A stretch of 64,000 bases of DNA. It comes from Clostridia bacterium (GTDB lineage Bacteria > Bacillota > Clostridia > TANB77 > CAG-508). The stretch is taken from contig CAAEUE010000014.1 in the NCBI GenBank assembly GCA_900759015.1, positions 22,904 through 86,903 on the forward strand. Direction: 5' to 3'. The translations under genes were made by a program, and so were the position numbers. Numbering within the stretch: position 1 is the stretch's first letter; every line of letters begins with the position of its first letter. Under the pieces are notes generated by a model. It was not told the origin of the DNA. It saw only the letters and a list, made by a program, of their open reading frames with translations, and searched no databases. This document shows positions 27,554-40,783 of the stretch, in pieces.

Positions 27554-29518
27554 ATGAAAAAGAAATTAGCAGTAATAATAGCTATATTGTTAGTAATGGC
27601 TATTGTTATTGGAATTACAGTATCAAATCTAAGATTTAGAGGAGATTTAACAGAAATTAGTTCGGAAAAACAATTACAAAAAATAGTCGATGGATATAGT
27701 TCATCAGGAGGATCAAGCGTGGCTGCAGCATTTATATGTCCATTAATTGCTTTACCTAGTCGTAGTTTCTCTGGTGGAATTATAGAAGATACAAGTTCGA
27801 CACGATCTTCTAGAGGAGGTATTGTTCCAAATGAAATAACAAGTAGTGCAAATGACACAAAATCTTTTGATTCCATACTTCCAAGTACAAATACAGGAAC
27901 AACTACTTCAGACTATTCAACAACAAATATACAAGTAGAAAATGTGGATGAGGCAGATATTGTAAAAACAGATGGTGAATATGTATATTCAATTTCAGAC
28001 GATACAGTATATATAACATATGCAAAAAATCCAACTGAGATGAATGTGGTAGCAAAGATAGAAGAACCATTAAGTAATATATATCCAGAAGATTTAATAT
28101 TACAAAATAATAAATTAGTAGTTATTTCTGGAAATAATACGAAAACAATTGTTAAGGTTTATGATTTAGCAGATATAGAAAATCCAGACCAAATAAAAGA
28201 ATTTGAAATAAATAAGGAATATTATACATCAAGGTATATAAATGGTAATTTATATGTAATTTCATCTGGAAGAGTATTAAGCGAAGGAAATTTAGAATAT
28301 GTAGAAGATGGTGCTACTGTAAATCCAGATAAACCAAATGCATATAAAATAAATGACTTATATACAAGGATGCAAACAGTTATAGCATCATATAATTTAA
28401 ATACACCAGAAAATAAAATTAAAGTTCAATCATATTTAATGGATGTAGAGAATGCATATATATCAGAAAAAAATATGTATTTAATTGATAATGGATATAG
28501 TGGAAGCAGAGATGTAGAATTTAGCGATATATTTGGACTAAAAGGACTTTTAGGAATTGGAGATGCAATAGAAGAGAGTGACAGCACTTATGGTTCAAAC
28601 ATATATAAATTTAATTTTAAAGAAGATGGAAGTGTGGAATATCAAACTAAAACTCAAGTAGAAGGAACAACAATAGACCAATTTTCTTTAGATGAAAAAG
28701 ATGATAATTTAAGAATTGCATTATATACAACAAAAGGATCAAGAGTTGTAGTCCTAGACAATAATTTAAAACAATTAGGAGAAACTGCATATCTTGCTAA
28801 AGGAGAAAAAATGTATTCAGCAAGATTTGTAGGGGATAGAGCATATCTTGTAACATATAAAAATGTAGATCCATTATATTCTATAGATTTAAGTAACCCA
28901 GCAAATCCAAAAGCTTTAGGAGCTTTAAAGATTCCAGGATATAGTACATATTTACAGCCATATGATGAAAATCATATTATTGGTTTTGGTTTCCAAACAG
29001 AAGAAAATGTTAGAAGAAATTCTTTAGGAAGAGTTACTTCAACTTCTTCAAAAGTTACTGGAATGAAAATGGCATTATTTGATGTTACTGATATAAGTAA
29101 TCCAAAAATGATATCAGAGGAAGTAATAGGGGATTCTAGAACAAATTCTACTGTTTTAGAAAATCATAAAGCGCTATTATTAGATAAAGAAAGAAATCTA
29201 TTAGCAATTCCTATAAAAAATTATACGACAGATTTAAGTATTACAGAAGATGATGATATATCTTCTGCTACAAAGTCATACACAAGTTACTTAAAGAGTA
29301 GAACATATAACAAAGTTGGATATGCAGTATATAGTTTAGATATAGCAAATGGATTTAATTTAAGAGGAATAATAACACATGATGTTAATTCTAATGCCTA
29401 CACTTCAGATATTAGAGGCTTATACATAGATGATACATTATATACTGTTTCAAATAAGGAAATTAAAGCAAATAATATAGATACATTAGCAGAAATTAAA
29501 GAAGTTTTATTTGATTAA
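27554..29518 (+). CDS. secreted/anchored beta-propeller-domain protein (654 aa)
   Basis: Signal-anchor N-terminus and a Ser/Thr-rich linker. Repeated beta-strand-rich YxxGxxYV-type blades in the C-terminal two thirds resemble Clostridial beta-propeller proteins. Confidence 0.6.
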   Translation: MKKKLAVIIAILLVMAIVIGITVSNLRFRGDLTEISSEKQLQKIVDGYSSSGGSSVAAAFICPLIALPSRSFSGGIIEDTSSTRSSRGGIVPNEITSSANDTKSFDSILPSTNTGTTTSDYSTTNIQVENVDEADIVKTDGEYVYSISDDTVYITYAKNPTEMNVVAKIEEPLSNIYPEDLILQNNKLVVISGNNTKTIVKVYDLADIENPDQIKEFEINKEYYTSRYINGNLYVISSGRVLSEGNLEYVEDGATVNPDKPNAYKINDLYTRMQTVIASYNLNTPENKIKVQSYLMDVENAYISEKNMYLIDNGYSGSRDVEFSDIFGLKGLLGIGDAIEESDSTYGSNIYKFNFKEDGSVEYQTKTQVEGTTIDQFSLDEKDDNLRIALYTTKGSRVVVLDNNLKQLGETAYLAKGEKMYSARFVGDRAYLVTYKNVDPLYSIDLSNPANPKALGALKIPGYSTYLQPYDENHIIGFGFQTEENVRRNSLGRVTSTSSKVTGMKMALFDVTDISNPKMISEEVIGDSRTNSTVLENHKALLLDKERNLLAIPIKNYTTDLSITEDDDISSATKSYTSYLKSRTYNKVGYAVYSLDIANGFNLRGIITHDVNSNAYTSDIRGLYIDDTLYTVSNKEIKANNIDTLAEIKEVLFD

Positions 29519-29529
29519 GGGGGATAAAT

Positions 29530-29793
29530 ATGGGAAAAATTTATAAAAAAGAAGTTAGCAATTATTCAGGAATGCCAGCAGCATCATTGACATTAGGAAT
29601 TATATCAATACTTACAATTATATTTTGGTATATGTCGTTAATTACAGGAATTTTGGCAATAGTTTTTGGTGTTAAATCTATACATAGAATTAATAGTAAA
29701 TTAGGAAAAGCAGGAATGGTATTAGGAATTATAGGTGTTTCTCTCTGTTGTTTTATATACTTATGGTTTATATTTGCTATTTTAATGCAATAA
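29530..29793 (+). CDS. small DUF4190-like membrane protein
   Basis: Two TM helices flanking a KSIHRINSKLGKAGMVLGIIG region. RBS AGGGGGA. Confidence 0.55.
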   Translation: MGKIYKKEVSNYSGMPAASLTLGIISILTIIFWYMSLITGILAIVFGVKSIHRINSKLGKAGMVLGIIGVSLCCFIYLWFIFAILMQ

Positions 29794-29815
29794 ATGATGA
29801 ATAAAGGAGTAAAAA

Positions 29816-30316
29816 ATGAATGTATATGATATTCAAGATTTACAAAATGTAGAGACTTTATCAGCATATGTAGATCTACAAGCGATTTTTCAGCTAATAA
29901 TACTTATATTAATAGTAATTATTTCCATATGTACTATAATGTATATTCAGAAAAATATAAAATTAAACAAAAATACAAATAAAGTTATAAGATATGGAAC
30001 AAAAAAATTTTTTGTTTTGGGAATAATTAATTTAATAGTTCTTTGTTTCTTAAAATATGTTGATCGACCTTCTTCTTATATAGGATTGGACATAGAAAAA
30101 GCTTCAATACAATACAATATTTTTATAATAATTCTATTTATTATATATATACTTTTATTAACGCCTCAAGTATACACAATTATACAATTAAGAAAAAATA
30201 TAAAAAAAGAAGGTACAAATAAAATTGAAAAAATAAATGGTAAAAGCACAATTTTATTGGTAATAGGAACAATAATAGTATATGCTGGTTCAATTTTTAT
30301 GATTATTTTAAGATAA
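29816..30316 (+). CDS. hypothetical polytopic membrane protein (166 aa)
   Basis: Four predicted TM helices. AT-rich but a long open frame. Confidence 0.45.
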   Translation: MNVYDIQDLQNVETLSAYVDLQAIFQLIILILIVIISICTIMYIQKNIKLNKNTNKVIRYGTKKFFVLGIINLIVLCFLKYVDRPSSYIGLDIEKASIQYNIFIIILFIIYILLLTPQVYTIIQLRKNIKKEGTNKIEKINGKSTILLVIGTIIVYAGSIFMIILR

Positions 30317-30355
30317 GGATATGAAATTTGCATAGAAATTAATATAGCAAAATAC

Positions 30356-30383
30356 TTGCAAAATAAAAATATCATGATATAAT
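30356..30383 (+). promoter_or_regulatory. ileS promoter
   Basis: TTGCAA, 16-nt spacer, TATAAT. Confidence 0.55.
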
Positions 30384-30424
30384 AGATGCACATAAAAAAA
30401 GACAAAATAAGGACAACACAGTTA

Positions 30425-30640
30425 TAAATTAGTCTTTAAGAGAGCTAGATGTATGCTGAAATTCTAGTAAGATAAAATATAATTGTTATCACCTTATATG
30501 TTGCGAAACTGAACTAATAGTAAGTTTTGACGTATATTCTGCGTTAAAGAAATTAGAGAGAATAACGTAAGTTATTAAATTAGGTGGTACCGCGGAATTA
30601 TGCCCTTTTCGTCCTAAACAGGATGAAAAGGGCTTTTTGA
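30425..30640 (+). promoter_or_regulatory. T-box leader (Ile specifier candidate AUU/AUC) of ileS
   Basis: AAGAGAG stem I, a GAAAUUCUAG loop and the T-box core AAAUUAGGUGGUACCGCGG (30577-30595). The terminator is GCCCUUUUCGUCC...GGAUGAAAAGGGC then UUUUU (30602-30638). Confidence 0.8.
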
Positions 30641-30707
30641 TTGTTGATTTTACAATACTTTAGTAAAGTGAAATCCCTAATAAAAAATAAAAGAAGGAGG
30701 AATTACA

Positions 30708-33700
30708 GTGTACAAAAAAGTAGAACTTAAAGACGGTTTTGTAGGCATGGAAAATGATGTAGCAAAACTATGGAAAGAAAAAGACATTGTTAAGAAAAAC
30801 TTTGCAATGAACGAAGGAAAAAGATACTTCACATTTTATGATGGACCTCCAACAGCAAATGGAAGACCACATGTTGGACATATCGAAACAAGGGTAATGA
30901 AAGACATTATACCAAGATACAAAGTAATGAAAGGTTACAAAGTATTAAGAAAAGCTGGTTGGGATACACATGGACTTCCAGTTGAACTAGAAATAGAAAA
31001 AGAATTAGGAATTTCAGGAAAACAACAAATAGAAGAATATGGTGTAGAAAAATTCGTAAAGAAATGTAAAGAAAGTGTTTTCACATATGTTCATCTATGG
31101 GAAGAAATGACAAACAAAGTAGGATTCTGGGTAGATATGGAAAAACCATATGTAACATATCATAATGAATATATAGAATCTGTATGGTGGGCACTTAAAG
31201 AAATGTGGAAAAAGGGATTACTATATGAAGGTCATAAAGTAATGCCATATTGCCCAAGATGTGGAACAGCACTTTCATCACATGAAGTTGCTCAAGGGTA
31301 TAAAGATGTAAAAGATTTAACTTGTATAGCTAAATTTAAAGTAAAAGGTGAAGAAAATAAATATATTTTAGCTTGGACAACAACACCTTGGACATTACCA
31401 TCAAACTTAGCATTATGTGTTAATAAAGCATACACATATGCAGATGTAAAAGTAAATGTTGGAACTGAGGAAGAACCAAAATATGAAGTATATGTTTTAG
31501 CTAAAGATTTGGTAGAAACAGTATTAAAAGACAAAGAATATGAAGTCTTAAAAGAATATAAAGGAACAGAATTATTAGGAACAAAATATGAACAACTAAT
31601 GCCATTTGCAAAAGTAGATGGAAAAGCATTCGAAGTAATCCATGGGGACTATGTAACATTAACAGATGGTACAGGAATAGTACACATTGCACCAGCATAT
31701 GGTGAAGATGATAGTTTAGTTGCAAAACAAAATGGAATAACTTTTGTAAATTTAGTAGATAAAGAAGGAAAATTTGTTCCAGAAGTAGAACCTTGGGCAG
31801 GCAAATTCGTAAGAGATTGTAATGAAGGTATCTGTAAATGGTTAGAAGAAGAAAATAAATTGTTCAGTAAAGAAAAACATCTACACTCTTATCCACATTG
31901 CTGGAGATGTGACACACCACTTTTATATTATCCAAAAGAAAGTTGGTTTGTTGCAATGAGCAAACTAAGAGACAATTTATTAAAAAATAATGACACAATA
32001 AATTGGATGCCAGAAACAATTAAAACAGGAAGATTTGGAAAATTCTTAGAGAATGTTATAGATTGGGGAATCTCAAGAGATAGATATTGGGGAACTCCAC
32101 TTCCAATTTGGACTTGTGAATGTGGTCACCAAGAATGTATTGGAAGTATAGCAGAATTAAAAGAAAAAGGAATAAATGTACCAGACGATATAGAACTTCA
32201 TAAACCATATATTGATGATGTACATCTAAAATGTCCACATTGTGGTAAAGAAATGACAAGAGCAAAAGAAGTTATAGATTGTTGGTTCGATTCTGGTTCA
32301 ATGCCTTTTGCACAATGGCATTATCCATTCGAAAACAAAGAAATATTCGAAGCAAACTTCCCAGCTCAGTTTATTTCAGAAGCTATAGACCAAACAAGAG
32401 GATGGTTCTATACACTACTTGCAGTTTCTACATGTTTATTTGATAGATCATCATATGAAAACTGTATAGTATTAGGACATGTTCTAGATGACAAAGGACA
32501 AAAAATGTCTAAATCTAAAAAGAATGGTGTAGATCCATTTGAATTACTAGATACAGTTGGAGCAGATGCTACTAGATGGCATTTCTATACATGTAGCGCA
32601 CCATGGATTCCAACAAGATTATCTGTAAAAAGTGTACAAGAAACACAAAGAAAATTCTTAAGTACATTATGGAATGTATATTCATTCTATGTTCTATATG
32701 CAGAAATAGATGGGTTTAATCCATTAAACTACAAAGATTTTAAAGTAACAAATGTAATGGATAAATGGATACTTTCTAAAATGTATACATTAATAAAAGA
32801 AGTAGATGCAAAATTAGATAAATATGACATAACAGGAGCTGCTTTATTAATAGAAGACTTTACAGATGAACTTTCTAATTGGTATGTTCGTAGAAACAGA
32901 GAAAGATTCTGGGCAAGTGGAATGGAAGATGACAAAGTTGGAGCATATGTAACTTTATATACAGTATTAGTTAATTTAGTAAAAGTTGCAGCACCTTTTG
33001 TACCATTTATAACAGACGAAATTTACCAAAATTTAGTTGTTAATTTAAATAAAGAAGCACCAGAAAGTGTACATCTATGCTTATGGCCAGAAGTAAATGA
33101 AGCTGAAATAGATAAAGATTTAGAAAAAGAAATGGATTTAGCATACAAGATTGTTAAATTAGGTAGAAGTGCAAGAAATGCAGCTAATATCAAAAATAGA
33201 CAACCACTTTCAGAAATGCTAATTTCTGTAGGAACACTTCCAGAATATTATGGAGACATCGTAAAAGATGAACTAAATGTAAAAGAAGTAGTTCTAGGTG
33301 CAGATATGTCTAAATACGTTGACTTCGAAATAAAACCAAATCTACCAGTTTTAGGAAAAGAATATGGAAAATTAATACCAAAAATTAGAGAAGCAATCTC
33401 TAAACTAAATCAAATGGATTTAGCAAATAAAGTAAAAAACGGTGGAGTAGAATATATCGAAGTAGAAGACGAACAAATACCATTAGACGAATCTAATTTA
33501 TTAGTAACAATGCAAGGTAAAGAAGGATATGCCTTTGCAGGTGAAGGTGAACTTGGAGTTGTATTAGAAACAACAATAACACTAGAACTAAAAGAAGAAG
33601 GATATTTAAGAGAAATTTTATCTAAAGTACAAAACATGAGAAAAGATAGAGACTTCGAAGTATTAGATAGAATAAATTTATACTTTGCCAATAATGATAC

Positions 33701-33848
33701 ATTAAAAGAAGTTATAGAAAAATATAAAGAACAAATAATGAAAGACACTTTAGCAGACAATATCTTCTACAATGAAAAAAGAGACAACTATGTAGAAACA
33801 AAAATAAACGATGAAAAAATAGATATAGATGTTGAAGTAGTAAAATAA
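30708..33848 (+). CDS. ileS: isoleucyl-tRNA synthetase (long form, 1046 aa)
   Basis: HVGH (HIGH) motif, KMSKS, CP1 editing domain and a C-terminal Zn-binding cluster. Confidence 0.95.
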   Translation: MYKKVELKDGFVGMENDVAKLWKEKDIVKKNFAMNEGKRYFTFYDGPPTANGRPHVGHIETRVMKDIIPRYKVMKGYKVLRKAGWDTHGLPVELEIEKELGISGKQQIEEYGVEKFVKKCKESVFTYVHLWEEMTNKVGFWVDMEKPYVTYHNEYIESVWWALKEMWKKGLLYEGHKVMPYCPRCGTALSSHEVAQGYKDVKDLTCIAKFKVKGEENKYILAWTTTPWTLPSNLALCVNKAYTYADVKVNVGTEEEPKYEVYVLAKDLVETVLKDKEYEVLKEYKGTELLGTKYEQLMPFAKVDGKAFEVIHGDYVTLTDGTGIVHIAPAYGEDDSLVAKQNGITFVNLVDKEGKFVPEVEPWAGKFVRDCNEGICKWLEEENKLFSKEKHLHSYPHCWRCDTPLLYYPKESWFVAMSKLRDNLLKNNDTINWMPETIKTGRFGKFLENVIDWGISRDRYWGTPLPIWTCECGHQECIGSIAELKEKGINVPDDIELHKPYIDDVHLKCPHCGKEMTRAKEVIDCWFDSGSMPFAQWHYPFENKEIFEANFPAQFISEAIDQTRGWFYTLLAVSTCLFDRSSYENCIVLGHVLDDKGQKMSKSKKNGVDPFELLDTVGADATRWHFYTCSAPWIPTRLSVKSVQETQRKFLSTLWNVYSFYVLYAEIDGFNPLNYKDFKVTNVMDKWILSKMYTLIKEVDAKLDKYDITGAALLIEDFTDELSNWYVRRNRERFWASGMEDDKVGAYVTLYTVLVNLVKVAAPFVPFITDEIYQNLVVNLNKEAPESVHLCLWPEVNEAEIDKDLEKEMDLAYKIVKLGRSARNAANIKNRQPLSEMLISVGTLPEYYGDIVKDELNVKEVVLGADMSKYVDFEIKPNLPVLGKEYGKLIPKIREAISKLNQMDLANKVKNGGVEYIEVEDEQIPLDESNLLVTMQGKEGYAFAGEGELGVVLETTITLELKEEGYLREILSKVQNMRKDRDFEVLDRINLYFANNDTLKEVIEKYKEQIMKDTLADNIFYNEKRDNYVETKINDEKIDIDVEVVK

Positions 33849-33861
33849 AAATAAAAAAGAA

Positions 33862-33947
33862 ATTTGGGGACGGTCCTCGCAGGGATTTGGGGACGTTCCT
33901 TAAATCCCTTTTTTGGACTTTAGGGACGGAGCTTAAAGTTCACTGGG
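33862..33947. repeat. cluster of GGGACG-loop palindromic repeats (3 units including a GAACTTT-stem variant)
   Basis: tttggggacggtcctcgcaggg, gggatttggggacgttccttaaatccc and gactttagggacggagcttaaagttcac. Confidence 0.7.
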
Positions 33948-34114
33948 TAGACATAAATAAAAAAGTAAGAGAAAAGTCTTAAAAACTTTATTAAAAAATC
34001 ATAATAGAAATATATAAAGAAGTAGAAAATTAAGAAGATACTTAAAATTTCTACTTCTTTATTAAGTTTGTTGAAACTAAAAATATAATAAAAAAATTTT
34101 TAGTAGTTAAAAAA

Positions 34115-34573
34115 TTATCGATTAAGTAAATAAACTCCGAAATTTAAATATGTTGCAAATAATGTCCATAATAAGTATGGAACCTGTAACCATGCAGCAG
34201 TTTTATGCTTTTCATAAAATCTAGCTATCATAATAATAATTAAAATTGCAAGAATTATAATCCAGATAAAAGCAAATAATCTCCATTTTAATAAGAAGAA
34301 AGCAATAGGCCAAAGAGCATTAAAAAACAATTGTAAATAGTATATAGAATTTATTTTTGAATCTACCAATGAATTACTTGCTAATATTCCGTATGAAATC
34401 CCCATTAAGATATAAAGAATTGTCCATACAATAGGAAAAGTCATACTAGGTGGTGATAAAAAAGGTTTTTCTAAAGAATTATAATCAATACTACCAGAAA
34501 TAAGGAAACCAACAATACCACCAACAAGAACCGGAATAAGAATAGCCTTAAAATAAATTTTAAATTTTGACAT
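34115..34573 (-). CDS. tspO: TspO/MBR (tryptophan-rich sensory protein) family membrane protein
   Basis: Five TM helices with PPxxxFPIVWTILYILMG and Trp-rich segments. Confidence 0.75.
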   Translation of the reverse strand: MSKFKIYFKAILIPVLVGGIVGFLISGSIDYNSLEKPFLSPPSMTFPIVWTILYILMGISYGILASNSLVDSKINSIYYLQLFFNALWPIAFFLLKWRLFAFIWIIILAILIIIMIARFYEKHKTAAWLQVPYLLWTLFATYLNFGVYLLNR

Positions 34574-34647
34574 TTCTCAAAACCTCCATATTAATAGTTT
34601 ATTAAAAAGTAGGTAAAATATACTAAAATGTCAAAATAATAATTAAA

Positions 34648-35271
34648 TTAATATAATTGACTTAAATTTAGTAGGGAATCTTTATTAAATTCAAGTTTTA
34701 TAACACTAGGGGAATCAATATTTAAAACTTTATTTTGATAAACCAATTCGAAGTTTTCATTTAGAGAACACCAATTCATTAATAAAAATTTGATTGCAGC
34801 ACCATGACTTACAATTGCTATTCTAGAACCTTCATTTGAATTTAATAGGGTATTAATAAAACTTGTCATTCGATTATTAACTTCAAATCTATTCTCGCCA
34901 TCTTCGTTTTTAAGTTTTTCATCTAACAACTGTTCTGTAGTAAAAGGGTGAGTAAATTTATCTTTAAGTTTAGATAGAGAATCCAAATTCCCTAATTTTC
35001 TTTCGTTTAAATCCATACTAATTTGTATTTCTAAATTATTACGTTCAGCTATGTATTTAGCAGTAGCTAACGCACGTACATAATCACTACACCATACTGA
35101 GTCCAGATTGGATAGTTCTGCTATATTACTCAGTTCTTCTGCCTTTTTTTCGCCTGAAACTGATAAAATTATTTTCTCATTAGCAATTTGATTATTTTCA
35201 GAGCTATTTAATAAACTTTTAATCTTTAGTTGTTCAGAATGTCTAATTAAAAAGATTGTTGTTTTACTCAT
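34648..35271 (-). CDS. histidine phosphatase family protein (phosphoglycerate-mutase-like)
   Basis: TIFLIRHSEQ N-terminal RH motif and an SHGAAIK C-terminal His. RBS GGTGAT before the ATG at 35271. Confidence 0.7.
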   Translation of the reverse strand: MSKTTIFLIRHSEQLKIKSLLNSSENNQIANEKIILSVSGEKKAEELSNIAELSNLDSVWCSDYVRALATAKYIAERNNLEIQISMDLNERKLGNLDSLSKLKDKFTHPFTTEQLLDEKLKNEDGENRFEVNNRMTSFINTLLNSNEGSRIAIVSHGAAIKFLLMNWCSLNENFELVYQNKVLNIDSPSVIKLEFNKDSLLNLSQLY

Positions 35272-35320
35272 ATTAATCACCAAAAATATTGTATCAAAAA
35301 TAGATATAAAAATCATATAA

Positions 35321-35600
35321 ATTTATTGTAAAAAAATGCTATTTTTATATAATATTCTTAGTTTGTAATAGAAGGAATAAAAAATAGCAAATTCAAAATT
35401 AATACAAAAGACACAGTAAAACAACGATTACGGATTATTTAAGATATACTATTCCGTATACAAATTTATATAGATTATGTGGAACTGCAGATAGCACGCC
35501 TACAGGCAAGAAAAAAGCAGAAACAATGTATAGGGATTTAGTAGAGTATTAAAAAAATGGGTAATCAAAATATAAATTTATATGGAAAATTGTCATAATA
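35321..35600 (+). pseudogene. decayed duplicate of the promoter and 5' ~230 bp of the 36222 P-loop kinase gene
   Basis: Aligns base-for-base with 36160-36455 (about 85% identity by eye). The ATG is ATA here, there is a ~15-nt deletion and an early TAA. Confidence 0.65.
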
Positions 35601-35668
35601 CGTAGTATAATTATAAAAGATTGTAAAATGCAATTAGCCACGTTTTATAGCTATAAGAGGAAAAAAGA

Positions 35669-36031
35669 ATGAGAAAAACGGAAGTAACCAATCTAATGTT
35701 ACTCTCTTTAGACCTAAAGAGAGTAGATGAGTTTAAAGTTGCAGAAGAGGCAGAAAACTTGAAGAATGCGATAACTATTCAAGGAATAGAAAACACAATA
35801 GTTTACTTCTGCAGAAATTCCGAAGTGTCAGAATGCCTTGTTTCTGAACTTACAATGCTTGAAGTCTGTAGCATAATTATTCTATCTATAATGGGATATG
35901 ATTATGCTGGGTTATTAAAAATATTTGATATGCCAATTGACTTTAAGAAAGAATTGTCTAAACAGGGAAAGACTCAAATTCAAAGATGTAAAACTGTGAA
36001 ACAGTTCATTGAAGAATATATTAAAAAGTAA
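35669..36031 (+). CDS. hypothetical protein (120 aa) lying between the duplicated segments
   Basis: RBS AGAGGAAAAAAG. A terminator hairpin ccagctttattgctgg plus T-run follows (36064-36090). Confidence 0.5.
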   Translation: MRKTEVTNLMLLSLDLKRVDEFKVAEEAENLKNAITIQGIENTIVYFCRNSEVSECLVSELTMLEVCSIIILSIMGYDYAGLLKIFDMPIDFKKELSKQGKTQIQRCKTVKQFIEEYIKK

Positions 36032-36221
36032 AGTAACTGTTAACCACGTGGCCGAAAAATATACCAGCTTTATTGCTGGTTTTTTTCGTTATATTCAACC
36101 AAAATTAGACTATTAAAAATTTATAAATATTGATTAATAAGTCTATAAAATTTATTAAATTTATTGTAAAAAAAATAACGTTTTTATATAATAAACGAAG
36201 ATAAATAAGGAGGAATAAAAA

Positions 36222-36797
36222 ATGGCAAATTCAAAATTAATAGTAGTAGAAGGGCCACAAGGTGCAGGAAAAACAACAATTACAGATTATTTAAGATATA
36301 CAATTCCATATACAAATTTGTATAGATTATGTGGGACTGCAGATAGTTCGCCAGCAGGCAAGAAAAAAGCAGAAACAATGTATAGGGATTTAGTGGAATA
36401 TTTAAAAAAATTAGGAAATCAAAGTATAAATTTAGTATTTGATAGAACATTTTTTACAGAAGAAAATTATTGTAGATTAAAATATAAAGAGTACTCATTT
36501 ACAGATGTTTATGAAGAATTACTAGCTGATTTTGCTAAATTAGACTTTGAAATTTACTATGTTACACTATATTTAGAAGATGAAAGTTTATATGCTCAAA
36601 GACTAAAAAGGGAGAATAAAGCAGTGCCCAAATACGCTAAATTTGAAGCAGAGAAAAGCATAAACCAACAAAAAGTATATTTAGAAATGTCTGATGAAAT
36701 AGAAAAGAAATATCCTAATATACACTGTTTAAAAATAGAAAATAGTAAGGATTTAGAATTAACCAAGAAAGAATTAAAAGAAAAAATAGGCTTTTAA
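36222..36797 (+). CDS. P-loop NTPase / nucleoside(-monophosphate) kinase-like protein (191 aa)
   Basis: Walker A GPQGAGKTT at residues 11-19 and an aspartate in FDRTF. Size and layout resemble dNK/dNMP kinase-like proteins. Confidence 0.65.
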   Translation: MANSKLIVVEGPQGAGKTTITDYLRYTIPYTNLYRLCGTADSSPAGKKKAETMYRDLVEYLKKLGNQSINLVFDRTFFTEENYCRLKYKEYSFTDVYEELLADFAKLDFEIYYVTLYLEDESLYAQRLKRENKAVPKYAKFEAEKSINQQKVYLEMSDEIEKKYPNIHCLKIENSKDLELTKKELKEKIGF

Positions 36798-36905
36798 ACC
36801 TTGAGTATACATAAAAAATATAGTATAATAAATTTGGAATTTTGTTGAATTTTCTATTATACAGAAAACTCAATTTACAATATATATAGATAGGAGATTT
36901 TTAAA

Positions 36906-37928
36906 GTGAACGTTTCAGATTTTTATTATGACTTACCAGAAGAATTAATAGCACAAACACCTATAGAAAAAAGAGATGAATCTAGATTAATGGTTTTAAA
37001 TAGAGCAAGCCAAACTATAGAACATAAAACATTTAAAGACATAATAGAATACTTAGAGCCAGGAGATTGTTTAGTAAGAAATAATACAAAAGTTATACCA
37101 GCAAGATTATATGGTAAAAAAGCAACAGGAGCAAAAATAGAATTTCTTCTATTAAATAGAATAGAAGGAGATATATGGGAATGTATTGTAAGACCAGGAC
37201 ATAAATTAAAACCTGGTACAGAAGTAGAATTTGGAGATGGAATATTAAAGGCAAAAGTACTAGAGGTAATGGAAGGTGGAACAAGAAAAGTAGAATTTAA
37301 ATATGAAGGAATATTTAACGAAATTCTAGATAAAATTGGTTTAATGCCACTTCCACCATATATTCATGAATCTTTAAAAGATAATGATAGATATCAAACT
37401 GTTTATGCCAAATATGAAGGTTCAGCAGCAGCACCAACAGCAGGGCTACATTTTACTCCAGAACTTTTTGAAAAAATAAAGGCAAAAGGAATTGATGTTG
37501 CAAATGTAACATTACATGTAGGAATTGGAACTTTTAGACCAGTAAAAGTAGAAAATGTAGAAGAACACCACATGCATTCAGAACATTTTTATATAAAACA
37601 AGAAGACGCAGATAAAATAAATAATGCTAAGAAAAATGGAAAAAGAGTTATAGCCGTAGGAACTACTTCTTGTAGAGTATTAGAAACAATAGCAGATGAA
37701 AATGGAATGGTAAAACCTACAGAAGGCGATACACAAATATTTATTTATCCTGGTTATAAATATAAATGTTTAGATGGTTTAGTAACAAATTTCCATTTAC
37801 CAGAATCAACACTAATAATGCTTGTATCTGCATTAGCAGGTAGAGATTATATTATGAAAGCATATAATGAAGCTGTAAAAGAAAGATATAGATTTTTCAG
37901 TTTTGGAGATGCAATGCTTATTTTGTAA
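36906..37928 (+). CDS. queA: S-adenosylmethionine:tRNA ribosyltransferase-isomerase
   Basis: [15 protein letters not shown]-terminus and the conserved QueA core. GTG start. Confidence 0.95.
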   Translation: MNVSDFYYDLPEELIAQTPIEKRDESRLMVLNRASQTIEHKTFKDIIEYLEPGDCLVRNNTKVIPARLYGKKATGAKIEFLLLNRIEGDIWECIVRPGHKLKPGTEVEFGDGILKAKVLEVMEGGTRKVEFKYEGIFNEILDKIGLMPLPPYIHESLKDNDRYQTVYAKYEGSAAAPTAGLHFTPELFEKIKAKGIDVANVTLHVGIGTFRPVKVENVEEHHMHSEHFYIKQEDADKINNAKKNGKRVIAVGTTSCRVLETIADENGMVKPTEGDTQIFIYPGYKYKCLDGLVTNFHLPESTLIMLVSALAGRDYIMKAYNEAVKERYRFFSFGDAMLIL

Positions 37929-37942
37929 GATAGGAGAAAATT

Positions 37943-38704
37943 ATGGTTATACATACAAAAAAGCAAGTTAAAACAAAAACTATTCATAAAAGAATGAATT
38001 TGCCACAAAGTTTGCGAGATAAAATAGATATATTTTGGAATGAACAAATAAAAGAAAATCCAAACTTATTTAATGGGGAAGTTTGGAATGTAACAAAAAT
38101 GGAAGAAAATAAAGAGGATATACTTCTAACAATAGAAAAAACAGATTATGCACATTACTTATATGATGAAAGGCATGGTATAGAAGAAAAATATGCTTGC
38201 CACAATCTTGCAGGAGGAACATATATTGTTACTAAAGATGGATATGCTGTTGTAGGTGAACTAGATAACACAACTTCTTATCCTAGGATGATGCAAGTTT
38301 CTGGTGGAGGTATAGACGAAAAATTTGATATAGTAAATGGTGAATTTGATTTAATAAAAACAGCAAAAAGAGAATTAAAAGAAGAATTAAATTTAGATTT
38401 AGACAATAAAGAACAAATAGAAAATTACAATTTCGAATATATAGAAAAGCCAGAAGGAAAAAGGCATTCATACTGTGTAATATTAAAAGCATATTCAATG
38501 TATACAAAAAATCAATTAGAAGAGCATTTTGATAAGTATTATCAATTTTTAGAAGAAACAGAAGGAGAAAAGGAATTTAAAAAATTACATTTTTTAAAAC
38601 TAGGTAGAGCAGTAGAAGAATTGGACAAGCTAGATAATCCAAAAAGATTATATGTAAGACAACTTCTAGAAATAGAAGATAAAGGGGTGTTGAATAATGA
38701 ATAA
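37943..38704 (+). CDS. NUDIX hydrolase
   Basis: Nudix box GGGIDEK...AKRELKEELNL. Confidence 0.75.
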   Translation: MVIHTKKQVKTKTIHKRMNLPQSLRDKIDIFWNEQIKENPNLFNGEVWNVTKMEENKEDILLTIEKTDYAHYLYDERHGIEEKYACHNLAGGTYIVTKDGYAVVGELDNTTSYPRMMQVSGGGIDEKFDIVNGEFDLIKTAKRELKEELNLDLDNKEQIENYNFEYIEKPEGKRHSYCVILKAYSMYTKNQLEEHFDKYYQFLEETEGEKEFKKLHFLKLGRAVEELDKLDNPKRLYVRQLLEIEDKGVLNNE

Positions 38705-39149
38705 AAAAGAATTTGAAAAATATTTAGACAGCCTAGAGCTAGATAAAAAAGAATACTGTATAATAAGTGGCGGAAGTTTATTAATGCATAATTTAAAAGA
38801 AGAAACAGATGATGTAGATTTATATGTAACACAAAATTCGTTTGATAAGTTAAGTAAAAGATTTAATGTACATATAAGTGGAAAGCCATTTCCAAACCAT
38901 TATACTGTAAACGAAAAAACTGAGGCTGTTCTAGTTAAAGATTTACAAAACGAAAAAATATATAATATCGATGGATATCCTTGTCGTTCTATAATAGATG
39001 ATTATAATTGGTATAGGCAAAATGGTAGACCAAAGGATTTAGCTAGTGCAGATAAGATAGATACAATGTTTGAAAATATAGCCAAAGAGTTTAATTGTAA
39101 AAAAGAAGAGGTCACTGAAAGCGAAATTTGTAAATATGTAAATAAGTAG
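38697..39149 (+). CDS. hypothetical protein (150 aa), possible nucleotidyltransferase-fold
   Basis: GGSLLMHNL...DDVDLYV resembles a minimal NTase GS...D.D motif. Overlaps the upstream gene by 8 nt. Confidence 0.4.
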   Translation: MNKKEFEKYLDSLELDKKEYCIISGGSLLMHNLKEETDDVDLYVTQNSFDKLSKRFNVHISGKPFPNHYTVNEKTEAVLVKDLQNEKIYNIDGYPCRSIIDDYNWYRQNGRPKDLASADKIDTMFENIAKEFNCKKEEVTESEICKYVNK

Positions 39150-39157
39150 GTGATTAT

Positions 39158-40766
<1,609 letters not shown>

Positions 40767-40783
40767 TTGATAGGGGGAAAGTT

